Of a DNA stretch of 64,000 bases, positions 1-12,200 are shown in pieces (position 1 is the stretch's first letter; each line of letters starts with the position of its first letter). The stretch comes from Macrostomum lignano (Eukaryota). The notes beneath the pieces were generated by a model that saw only the letters and a list, made by a program, of their open reading frames with translations, made no database searches and had not been told where the DNA came from. Location of the stretch: contig NIVC01000033.1 in NCBI GenBank assembly GCA_002269645.1, positions 981,335 through 1,045,334 of the forward strand, read 5' to 3'. A program made the translations under genes and the position numbers.

Positions 1-294
1 GACCCGCTGTCTGTGCAGGCGCTCCCGGTTCTCCAGAGTTCGCTCCGCAGCCAGCTGGCCAGCCTTCAGCCGCTCCAGCTCCGTGTCGGTCTCTTCGCGA
101 TGCTTGGCGCCCAGGTCCATCAGGCGCTGCGAGTGGGCCTGCTCCGCCTCGGCAAGGTGACTCTGCAGGGCCTGCACCTGGCGCTGGAGGGCTTCGTTCT
201 CCTCCTCCAACCGACGCAAAGCGGAGTCGAGCTCGCCGCGAGCGAAAGCCGACTTGGAGGCCGCCTCCTCCGTGCGGATGCGCTCCCGCTCCAC
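1..294 (-). CDS. CROCC: Rootletin exon, C-terminal (VERERIRTEE...ERTLENRERLHRQRV)
   Basis: Acceptor cgccag|GTG at 295/294; frame is open to the window edge; matches the rootletin C-terminal ERAHRQRV motif. Confidence 0.9.
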   Translation of the reverse strand, partial: MERERIRTEEAASKSAFARGELDSALRRLEEENEALQRQVQALQSHLAEAEQAHSQRLMDLGAKHREETDTELERLKAGQLAAERTLENRERLHRQRV

Positions 295-3200
295 CTGGCG
301 GGGCGGTGGAGTGCGGCTGCACTTTATGGCCTCACTGGCTTTCATGACCGTTTAAATATAGTTTGGGGCGATTATCTCGGGTAGTTTATGGCGATTATTT
401 CGGGTAGTTTAGGGCGATTATTTCGGGTAGTTTAGGGCGATTATCTCGGGTAGTTTAGGGCGATTACGGGTAGTTTAGGGCGATTATCTCGGGTAGTTTA
501 GGGCGATTATCTCGGGTAGTTTAGGGCGATTATCTCGGGTAGTTTAGGGCGATTATCTCGGGTAGTTTAGGGCGATTATCTTGGGTAGTTAAGGGCAATT
601 ATCTCGGGTACTTTATGGCGATTATCTTGGGTAGTTTAGGGCGATTATCTTGGGTAGTTTATGGCGATTATCTCGGGTAGTTTAGGGCGATTATCTCGGG
701 TAGTTTAGGGCGATTATCTTGGGTAGTTTAGGGCGATTATCTTGGGTAGTTTAGGGCGATTATCTTGGGTAGTTTAGGGCGATTATCTTGGGTAGTTTAT
801 GGCGATTATCTCGGGTAGTTTAGGGCGATTATCTTGGGTAGTTAAGGGCGATTATCTCGGGTAGTTTATGGCGATTATCTCGGGTAGTTTAGGGCGATTA
901 TCTCGGGTAGTTTAGGGCGATTATCTCGGGTAGTTTAGGGCGATTATCTTGGGTAGTTAAGGGCGATTATCTCGGGTACTTTATGGCGATTATCTTGGGT
1001 AGTTTAGGGCGATTATCTTGGGTAGTTTATGGCGATTATCTCGGGTAGTTTAGGGCGATTATCTCGGGTAGTTTAGGGCGATTATCTCGGGTAGTTTAGG
1101 GCGATTATCTTGGGTAGTTAAGGGCGATTATCTCGGGTACTTTATGGCGATTATCTTGGGTAGTTTAGGGCGATTATCTTGGGTAGTTTATGGCGATTAT
1201 CTCGGGTAGTTTAGGGCGATTATCTCGGGTAGTTTAGGGCGATTATCTCGGGTAGTTTAGGGCGATTATCTTGGGTAGTTAAGGGCGATTATCTTGGGTA
1301 GTTTAGGGCGATTATCTTGGGTAGTTTATGGCGATTATCTCGTGTAGTTTAGGGCGATTATCTCGGGTAGTTTAGGGCGATTATCTCGGGTAGTTTAGGG
1401 CGATTATCTCGGGTAGTTTAGGGCGATTATCTTGGGTAGTTTAGGGCGATTATCTTGGGTAGTTTAGGGCGATTATCTTGGGTAGTTTAGGGCGATTATC
1501 TTGGGTAGTTTAGGGCGATTATCTTGGGTAGTTTATGGCGATTATCTCGGGTAGTTTAGGGCGATTATCTTGGGTAGTTAAGGGCGATTATCTCGGGTAC
1601 TTTATGGCGATTATCTCGGGTAGTTTATGGCGATTATCTCGGGTAGTTTATGGCGATTATCTCGGGTAGTTAAGGGCGATTATCTAAAAAGTTCGATTCT
1701 CTGAAGGGGTTGTTGGGCAATATTATAAATTTTTTTGGGAGCAGTTCATAGACAAGCTAAATAACTTCGATAGATAAAAACTTGCAAGTATAAAAAACAC
1801 GTGACCGAAAAAGAAAAACAACATAAAAATCTTTGACAGGAACTCGTGAGTGGTCAGTAGCATGTTGAGCTCTTGAGTGTAAAAAAATGGTAAAATCCGT
1901 AAATTATAACAATTTTGGAAATAAAAGAATATTCATCATTATGCTGAATAACCGTGAGTGAAAACCAAATCAATAATCTGGTCCGCCATTTCCGGCACCT
2001 ACTATCTATTAGCGACAGATCGTCGCAGAAATCGGCGGGGGTTTCCACGAACGGGCCGTGCTCGGGGCAGTACTGGCGCACCAGCAGGACGAGGCCGCCG
2101 CAGTGGCGACAATGCACAAGCGAGCGGGACTCGCCTTGGCCGCAGTGGTGGGGCTTTTCAAAGCAGAATGAATAATCGAATATAAAATTCATATAAATTA
2201 TACTACACTACTTATTGCGTCATACAGTTGGTAGAATAAAGGAACATTGTAATCATTAATTATTCTATGGAAATTCATATTAAAAATATTTTTGTTGATT
2301 TCGACACGAAGCTTTTAGCGATATGTATCGATAGAAATATTGAAAAGCCTAAAATAACAAACCTTGTCGAGCGTCTTCTTCAGCGCGGTCTTGTCCTTCT
2401 CCAATCGGCTGGCCGACTTCTCAATCTCCTTCTTTTCATTCTCCAAGCCGGCCAGGGCGCGCTGAAGGCTCTGCACGCGCTCCTGCATGGCGGCGCGCTC
2501 TTGATTGGCCTTGTTGAGCTTCTGCGTGAGCTCTTGCTCAGCCTCCTGCTTCTGGGCCAGCAGAGAGTTCGTCTGCCGATTTGAGCCCTCCAGATCGTTG
2601 CGCCGGTGCTCGTTGTCGGTGAGCTCACCCTGACAGTGTATTTTTGTTCGATTGTACAATGAGAAATAAAAATGCTATTCTCTATGGCACTCTAAATGGC
2701 ACTCCATGTCAGTCTATGTCTATGGTACTCTGTCAGTCTGTCTATGGCACTCCATGTCAGCCTATGTCTATGGCACTCTGTCAGTCTATGTCTATGGCAC
2801 TCCATGTCTATGGCACTCTATGTCAGTCTATGTCTATGGCACTCCATGTCAGTCTATGTCTATGGCACTCCATGTCAGTCTATGTCTATGGCACTCCATG
2901 TCTATGGCACTCTATGTCAGTCTATGTCTATGGCACTCCATGCCTATGGCACTCTGTCAGTCTATGTCTATGGCACTCCATGTCTATGGCACTCCATGTC
3001 AGTCTATGTCTATGGCACTCTGTCAGTCTATGTCTATAGCACTTCATGTCAGTCTATGTCTATGGCACTCTGTCAGTCTATGTCTATGGCACTTCATGTC
3101 AGTCTATGTCTATGGCACTCCATGTCAGTCTGTCTATGGCACTCCATGTCAGTCTATGTCTATGGCACTCCATGTCAGTCTATGTCTATGGCACTCCATG

Positions 3201-6200
3201 TCAGTCTATGCCTATGGCACTCTATGTCAGTCTATGTCTATGGCACTCTGTCAGTCTGTCTATGGCACTCCATGTCTATGGCACTCCATGTCAGTCTACG
3301 TCTATGGCACTCTATGTCAGTCTGTGTCTATGGCACTCTATGTCAGTCTGTGTCTATGGCACTCTATGTCAGTATGTCTATGGTAGTCTATGTCAGTCTA
3401 TGTCTATGGTAGTTTAAGTCAGTCAATGTCTATGGCACTCTATGTCAGTCTATGCCTATGGCAGTCAATGGCAGTCAATGGCAGTCAATGGCAGTCTATG
3501 GCAGTCAATGGCAGTCATATTATCCAATCGCAATACCTGCAGAGACTGCACTCGCTCCAGCAGCTGGTGATTCTGGTGCTTGGCCTCGTTCAGAGCGGCG
3601 TGCGTGTTGTCAAGGCGCTCCTGCAGAACCCGCCGATCGTGCTCGGAGCTGGTGAGCGCCTTCTGCAGCTGGCCGACCCGCTCCTGCAGGCTGTCGATGG
3701 TGGCGGCCATGTCGGACACGGAGCCGTTGAGCTGCTGCACGCGGTCCTTCTGCTGGCTGCCGTCCTCTTCAGTCTTGGCCAGGGAGACGCTGAGCCGTTC
3801 GATGGTGAGCTGCAGCGACTGCGCCTTGGACTCGAGGTCCGCAATCTGCTTGTTCAGGTTGTCCACGCGGTCGTGTAGCACCTGGAAACAGGATAATTCA
3901 ATTCAAACTACGAATCATTGCCGGCAAAGGTGAATCTAATCAATCTGATTAGCGGCGAATTCCCCAACCTGATTCTCGGCGTCCTTATCGCCCAAAGCGA
4001 GGCGCATTCTCTGCATGTCGCCCTCGAGCGCGCGTTTGGTCAGCTCCAGCTGGGTGCAACGGTTCTCCACGTCGTCAAGGGAACGTTTCAGGTTCTTCTT
4101 GTCCTCCTCTTGGCGGGCGTCGTGCTGCTTCATCTTGTTCAACTTCTCCTGAAAGGTGGAAGTGATTTTTATTAGTATATACATATTGCACTACTCATGA
4201 CGTCATTGATAAAGTCGGAAACAAGCATTAAATATCTTTGACAAAAATCTTTATTGAACTACTTGTGATGTCATCTGCTCAGTAGTTACAAAGGGCATTG
4301 TAATACAAAAAGAATTTCGCCTTACCTGCAGCTGGCGCTTCTCGGTCTCCAGGCCGGAGATCTGACGCTCCAGGCCGGACATCTTGTCGCCGAGGGCCTT
4401 CTTCTCGCGCTCGTTGCGCCTGATGGTCTCCTCCTGGAGCATCAGCGCGGTCTGGGCGCTGGCCAGCCGGCCGTCAATGCCTTTCTTGTCCTCCTCGGTC
4501 TCGCAGAGGTTCCGGTGCAGCTGCTGGGTTCGCTGCTCGTTGCGCTGGGCGGCCTCCTCCATCTCGGCGACGCGCTGCTCCAGCGAGCGGGCAGCGGCCA
4601 GGGCGTCGTCGCGCTCGCGCTCCGTGTTGACGAGCTGCTGGACGAAGTCGCGCAGAGCCAGACGGACAGCCTCCGGATCGATGTCGCAGGCGTTGGCAAT
4701 GTCGCCGCGGGACGGCGAGCCGGAGCGGAATGGCGAGCGGCCGCGGGCGGCGGGAGAGCCGGAGCGCGGGATCGGCGAGCCGCGGCCCTCGGCGGTGGTG
4801 GCGAACGGCTGCGAGCCGTCGAAGCCTATTCAATGCCAAGTTGCAATTTCAATGGCATTATTTAAGTTGATCAATGCTACTGATAGTAGGTTGGGCAAAC
4901 ATTTTGCAATCCATTTGTATTAACACCGGCAAATTGTTAAAGTTAAAGTATTGCACTAAAACCGGCGGGGTCACAATAAGGTATATTTCAAAGTTCCAAG
5001 GGTACTTTATAGAAAGTCAAATTTATCCAGCTGCATGCAAAAACCAGACCATATAAATCTGCATAAATTCGACATTCGACACGTCAAAAACACAAAAGCA
5101 ACCTTGAATGCGATTTGCCCTACCCGCTTGGGGGAGCTGCTTGATAATAATGAAACATTATTGCCTACTATAAGTAAGCGAAGCGCGAATGCTTTGCTTT
5201 TATGACACTGACTAAGTAATATTGAACTTATTTTTTCAGTTTATATATTGCAAGAATTCATTCATGCTCATGCTAGCGAACTGTCTGCAGCTGCCGTCTT
5301 GGAACTGTTGGAATTAATAAACTCATCATCAGTCTGGATAATCTGCGGCTACTCAGGCAGAGCCAGCAGCTCAAAGTCAAGACAGTCGCACAGTTGGCCG
5401 GCCCGTTCGGAGCGGCCGCCCGCTGCGAAGAGTGAAATTAGTTTTACTTGAAGTATTTTAGTGTATATCGCTATAGAGTTATTAAAAACCAGTTAGAATT
5501 AGACTACTTGTAGTAGGTGAAATGCGCACAGCTGTATTAAATAAAATGCAGATAAAGTTATTAGAAATACAGATTTGCACCATAGCTTTACGAACTCACT
5601 GCAGCAGGTTGAAACGGTTAGAGGCAGCTAGTTCTGGCCTAGAATTTGAGCAACTTTGAGCAACTAAAACTCTATTGTGCTGTTGCAGGCCATTTTTATT
5701 CAGCCATGAGAACGGAGAGAAAGAGATGGGCGGAGGCGGGGAGAGCAGTAGCGAGTTTACAATGGGCAGGCAGCCGCACAGCCTGAGGGCGAGGCCGATG
5801 CTCAGCTAAGCGTGACCAGCGCTGCTCTCAAAGCTGTGTGTCATTCTCAATCAATGAGCAGTTCAAACAGCCCCACCTCCCTCCCCTCAGCCTACACTAG
5901 TAGCGCACGGTTGTCATGACAACCAGAGCCCGAACTCGGACTGAAAGTGACAGAAGGAAAAGCAGAGAGGGGGGTGTCAGAGACAGCGAAACTGAGAACG
6001 GCAGAGTAGAAGCCCCCCAGCAGATGAAATGCGATATCTAAACAGTTGATCTTGTTGTTAAATTATTAAATAAAGCTTTTACCCTTGTAAGCTACGTTAG
6101 CTTCGTTAAGGCTCAGAGATGAGCTGGTTAGTGTGCGCCTAACATAGCCGGGCCCGCCAGCTGCTGAGTATCTGAGCTGCTGCTGCTGCTGTTGCTGGGG

Positions 6201-9200
6201 GCTGTTAGCGTTGGAGCCCGGCCGGGACCGGTGCAGGTTAAGCAGGGAAGTCGGCTTGCGCAGGGCGTTATGCGGCTGCTGCTGCGGCTGCTGCTCGCCG
6301 GACCTACCCTTGGTGGGGCTGTTCGGCCGGCTGCGTCTGGCCGGGCTGGGCGACCGGCCGCGCATGGGGCTGGGCGAGCGCGGGTTGTCCTGCCGGAATC
6401 CAATGAGGCGGCGCATTGATGAGTGGATGCTGGCCAGCTTGTACTCCAGCTCCTTCTTCACCGAGTCAGTGCGGGCCAGAGTGGTCTCCAGGGCGTTGAT
6501 GCGGCCTTCGGCTCCGCCCAGCGCCTGGCGGAGCTCGTTGTTCTCAGCGCTGGCGGCCTCCACACTGAGCTGCAGTTCGCTGCGGGCGTCGTCGAGACGG
6601 CGGAGCTCCTTGCGGGCTTCCTCCATGGCCAGGGCGAAGTCGCGCTGCTTGCTGCGCAGTTCCTCCTCGAGGTCGGCCTCGCGGCGCTTGGAGTTGCCGA
6701 GCTCCTTGCGGAGCGCCTCGCGGGAGGCCTCCGTCTCCACCACCTGCGGGGTTATTGGGTCATTGGGGACTGCTATGAGCCTGTTATTGGGTCATTGGGG
6801 ACTGCTATGAGCCTGTTATTGGGTCATTGGGGACTGCTATGAGCCTGTTATTGGGTCATTGGGGACTGCTATGAGCCTGTTATTGGGTCATTGGGGACTG
6901 CTATGAGCCTGTTATTGGGTCATTGGGGACTGCTATGAGCCTGTTATTGGGTCATTGGGGACTGCTATGAGCCTGTTATCGGGTCATTGGGGATTGCTAT
7001 GAGCCTGTTATCGGGTCATTGGGGACTGCTATGAGCCTGTTATTGGGTCATTTGAGATAATATAAAAACTGCATGGAACTAAGAATATCTCTGCAGTCAG
7101 AAGTGATCAGGTTCCGTCATGAACAAGTTAATTAGCTGGACGATCTTTGGACGAAAGTTTTTTCTAATCAATAAATTGCTTTCTAAAAAAGCACTTTCTA
7201 ATCATTCTTCCATCTGTCAATCTGTCATTTTATAAACAGAAAAAGAAATTTATGGCTGTTGAAGTTTAGGGCTCAGCTGTCAGCGGTGAGAACTGATGCC
7301 AATAAATTATTAATAACAGGCCCAACCCATCCTGAAGAGTCCATTGGAAAACTCAGAATGCCCTTTAATTTGACTGATTGATTGATTGATTGAACTGCCT
7401 GAGTGACTGGCTTGGAAGTTAAGAGGAACGGAAGAGGAGCCAGTGGGTCCTGGCTGGGCTCAAATTTCTAATTACGATTTAAAAAAATTTTTCCGGATGG
7501 CTCCGTCTCTTGAACAGAAAATATGAATATCAATAATGAGAGTATCTGGGTATCTTGAGAGTCACTGGGTATCTTGAGAGTCACAGGGTATCTTGAGAGT
7601 CACTGGGTATCTTAGGAGTCACTGGGTATCCTGAGAGTCACAGGGTATCTTGAGAGTCACTGGGTATCTTGAGAGTCACTGGGTATCTTGAGAGTCACTG
7701 GGTATCTTGAGAGTCACAGGGTATCTTGAGAGTCACTGGGTAGCTTAGGAGTCACTGGGTATCCTGAGAGTCACTGGGTATCTTGAGAGTCACTGGGTAT
7801 CTGGGAGTCACAGGGTATCTGGGAGTCACAGGGTATCTGGGAGTCACTGGGTATCTTGCTTAACTGGATATCGGAATCACTAGATGTCCTAAGTGTCATT
7901 GGGTATTTGAGCTGTTAAAACTTATCAAAGAATTATGAAGTCCCAGACTCTGTCCCTCATCGCTCACCTTCTGCTTGAGTCCGAAGTTCTCCCGGCGGTT
8001 CTCCTCGTCCTTCTCCTCGTCGTGGGCCACGCGGGACTGCAGGTCGCAGACCTCCTTGCACAGCTTGCCTCGCTCAGTGTCCAGCATCTTCACCTGGCGA
8101 CGGAGCTCCTGCAGCTCACGCTTGGCCTCCACCCGGGCCTTCTCGACCTCGCGCAGGTTGCCGCGAAGGTCGGCGACCTCCTTGCCGAGGGCGGCCTTCT
8201 GCTCCTCAAGCACGCCGATGCGCTGCTTCTGCTCGGCGATAGATCGGTCGCGCTCGATGCGCTCGGCCTCCATCTCCTTGATCTGGGCGGGGACAGGGGT
8301 GCGGACTGGGCTGGTCTCACCGGTTCTCACTTCTTGTCTCACCGGTTCTCACTGCCTGTCTCACCGGTTCTCACTGCCTGTCTCACCGGTTCTCACTGCC
8401 TGTCTCACCGGTTCTCACTGCCTGTCTCACTGGTTTTTACTGCCTGTCTCACCGGTTCTCACTGCCTGTCTCACTGGTTTTTACTGCCTGTCTCACCGGT
8501 TCTCACTGCCTGTCTCACCGGTTCTCACTGTCACTCTCATCGGTTCTCACTGTCACACTCATCGGTTTTCACTTCCTGTCTCACCGGTTCTCACTGTCTG
8601 TCTCACTGGTTTTTACTGCCTGTCTCACCGGTTCTCCCTTCCTGTCTCACCGGTTCTCACTGCCTGTCTCACCGGTTCTCACTGCCTGTCTCACCGGTTC
8701 TCACTGCCTGTCTCACCGGTTCTCACTGCCTGTCTCATCGGTTCTCACTGCCTGTCTCACTGGTTCTCACTGTCTCCTTCACTAGTCCTCACTACCTGTC
8801 CCAGCCTTGGCCATCAGACCTCTCACCTTTTTCCTCAGCTCCTCGTTGCTCTTCTCCACGGCTTCCCGGGCGCGGCCCTCCTCGGCCAGCTGGCGTTTGA
8901 GCTCGAAAATCTCGCGCTTCTGGGCGTCCAGCGCCTCCTCCTGCTCGCGGATCCGGCGATTGGCGTCGATGAGCTCGCGGCGCAGGTTGTCCCTGGCGTC
9001 CTCGGCCATGCGCAGCTGCACCTTCAGCTCCGCCACCTCGCGGCAGGCGGCCTCGCGCTGCTGAGTGAGCTCGTTAATCTGCTCATTCAGCTTGCGCACC
9101 TCGGCCTCGTGCTCCTCCACTGTCTGCTCGAACTGGTCGCGGAATTTCTTCAGCTCGCCGTTCAAACTGTTGATAGTCTCCTTGTCCTGCTGCTGCTTGG

Positions 9201-12200
9201 CGGCCGCCTCGCGCCGGGCGCGGTCCAGCTCAGAGGCGACGGTCTGGGGGAGAGAGGGACGAGCGAACGGGGATCGGGTGACGTGGTAGCGGGGGGAGGA
9301 GCTTTCTTAGAATGGACCAACTGTGGCTTGGACCAACCCCCCCCCCCCCAAAGCACAGTGAAGTTTACATGACTAACTATAAATAAAGTTAGGGTCGCTG
9401 TACACTCCTGTGTGAGTGTGTGCCTGTGCTTGTGTGCCTGCTCAGGGGAGTCGCCGGTTGTGTGACAATGTCGCTTAAAGTGCCCCTGGCCATAAGAAAA
9501 CAAGCCATAAGCATAGATAGAGATTCACGCCTAGCAACTAAGAGATCAAGTGACTAAACTCGCACCTGCAGCTCGGCGTGCGTGTTGCCCAGCCGCTCCA
9601 GAATGGTGGACTTCTCCTGCTCCACAATGCTCAGCGCCTGCTGCTTGTCATTCTCGGCCAGCATGAGGCTCTCGTCCCGCTCGCGCTGGCAGGCGGCGAT
9701 CTCAGTGTGCAGCTGCTCGCGTTCGCGCTCGAACGAGCTGACCATCTCCTCGCGCTCCATGTTGTTCTGGTGGATCGTCTCCTGGCGCTGGTTTTCGTAT
9801 TCGGCGCGCTGGTTGTCCTGCGGGACAGATGGGATTGAGAGGGAGGATGTTACCGGACTTCCTGACAGCTTTGAGAATAGAAAAGAGTCACGTTACGCTC
9901 TCACAGTCACCAAGAAAAGAGTCACGTTACGCTCTCACAGTCAAGAAGAAAAGAGTCACGTGACGCTCTCAGAGTCATCGAGAAGAAAAGAGTCACGTGA
10001 CGCTCTCAGAGTCATCGAGAAGAAAATAGTCACGTGACGCTCTCAGAGTCATCGAGAAGAAAAGAGTCACGTGACGCTCTCAGAGTCATCGAGAAGAAAA
10101 TAGTCACGTGACGCTCTCAGAGTCATCGAGAAGAAAAGAGTCACGTGACGCTCTCAGAGTCATAGAGAAGAAAATAGTCACGTGACGCTTTTAGAGTCAC
10201 CAAGAAGAAGAGTCACGTGACGCTCTCAGAGTTATCGAGAAGAGTCACGTGACGCTCCCAGAGTCACCGAGAAGAAAAGAGTCACGTGACGCTCTCAGAG
10301 TCACCAAGAAGAAGAGTCACGTGACGCTCTCAGAGTTATCGAGAAGAGTCACGTGACGCTCCCAGAGTCACCGAGAAGAAAAGAGTCACGTGACGCTCTC
10401 AGAGAGTTACTGAGCGGTTGATAATGAGTTAAAGCATCACAAAAAATCCAGAAATTAGCTCACCTTCTCCTTGGTCAGCCTCTCCAGATCGTCTTCATGA
10501 GACTGCTGCTCCTGAGCCAGGGCGTGCTTCAGGTCGCGCTCCATCTGCTGCATCTTCTGCTGCAGATTCTCGCGCTGTCTGGTGAGCTTGTCGCATTCGA
10601 CCTCGAACTCCTTGGTGATGCGGCTGATCTCGGCTGCAGCAGTGAGGGTTTGAGATATTCGAGCTCAGAGTTGACAGAACAGATTTATTAAAAAGAGAGG
10701 CAGTCTGCTTGAACAAGAGGGCAGGCCTTAGCAATGATAAGCTTGAGCAAACAGCGACTGAGTGGCTATTGGCCATGCAGCTTACCAGTGAGATTCTCCT
10801 TCTTGATGATCAGCTCCTGGTTCTCGCCCTCCAGCTGGCCTTTGCGAGTCTCCAGCTGGACGATCAGCTCCTGGGCCTCGTGCAGCGCGTCCTCGAGCTG
10901 GTCCTTGTCAGCCCGCAGCCCGGAGGCCAGCTCGCCAAGGCGGCGAATCTCCCGCTCGCAGGCGGTGAGCTGCACAACGAGCTCGCCCTTCTCCTTGGTG
11001 AGGTCCTCCTTCTCCTTGGCAACTCGGAGGACGGTGTTGGACGCCCGCTCAGTCTCCCGGCGCGAGGCCAGCAGCTCCTCGGCCAGGGCTCGCTTCTGCC
11101 TGCCGATGGCGTTCAGCTGCTCGGCAAGCTCCAGCCGCTCCCGGTTGATTGACTGCAGCTCGTCTTCCAGCTTCTCGCGCGACATCTCGCTGAGCTCGAG
11201 TGTCTGATATAGGCCGGCCTTCTCGTTGTCCAGCTCCATCTTCTCCTGCTCACAGCGGAGCAGCTCCTCGCGGATGCCGTACTTCTCCTGCTCGAGGGCC
11301 TGCTTCTCCCCTGACAGCTGCGCTTTCTCGTTCTCGTACATCATAAGGATCTTGTTCAGCTCCACCTTGTCGTGCCCAAGGCCCTCGTTCAGCGACTGCA
11401 TCTTTAGCAGGGCGTCCCGTAGGGCAGCCTCCTCGCTCTTCATCTTGTTGAGCTCGAGCTCCAACTCGGCCTTGGCCAGCTCGCTGCGGGACAGCGCGTC
11501 GGAGACTTCGGCCTTTTCCTGGTCCAGCACCTCCTTCTCCAGACAGGCCCGGTTGAGGTTCTCCTTGGTCTGCACCAGGTCGGACTTCAGGTTGCTCAGC
11601 TTCTCCTCCAGCTGGTCAATGCAGCGCTGGCACCGCTCGTTCTCCTTCACCTGCCTGTCCAGGTCCTTCTTCTGGTCGGCCTTCTGATCTTCGAGGCAGT
11701 CGCGGCAGCGCTGCAGCTCGCTGTTGGCCTGCTGCAGCCGGTCCAGGTCCGCGTGCAGCGACTCGATCTGCTCGTTCAGGGCCGAGCGGACCTGCGGGAC
11801 AAGCCGGGTTTCGATACATATCGGCTGAACTTTGTCGCTTATCTACTTCTCTCACACTTTTATCTCCTATCTCATCTTTATCTACTCCTCTCACACTTGT
11901 CTACTTCTATTGCATCTTTATCTACTTCTCTATCACCCTTATCGACTTCTCTCTCTTACCTTTATTTACTTCTCCCTCACATCTACATACTTATATCTCT
12001 CTCCTCTATATACTTCTCTCACACTTATCTACTTTTCTCTCACATTTATCTATTTATATATCTCTCCTTTATCTACTTCTCTCTCTCATTTATCGACCTT
12101 TCTCTCACCTTTATCCACTTCTCTCTCAACCATATCTACTTCTCTACCTAACCCCTATATACTTCGCATTGACTGCATTCTACCTTCTATTCATAGTCTA

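Noticed and set aside
2030-2100. Horizontally acquired radical-SAM fragment (CPEHG motif)
   Set aside because: Only a five-residue match, with no CxxxCxxC motif or other supporting sequence.
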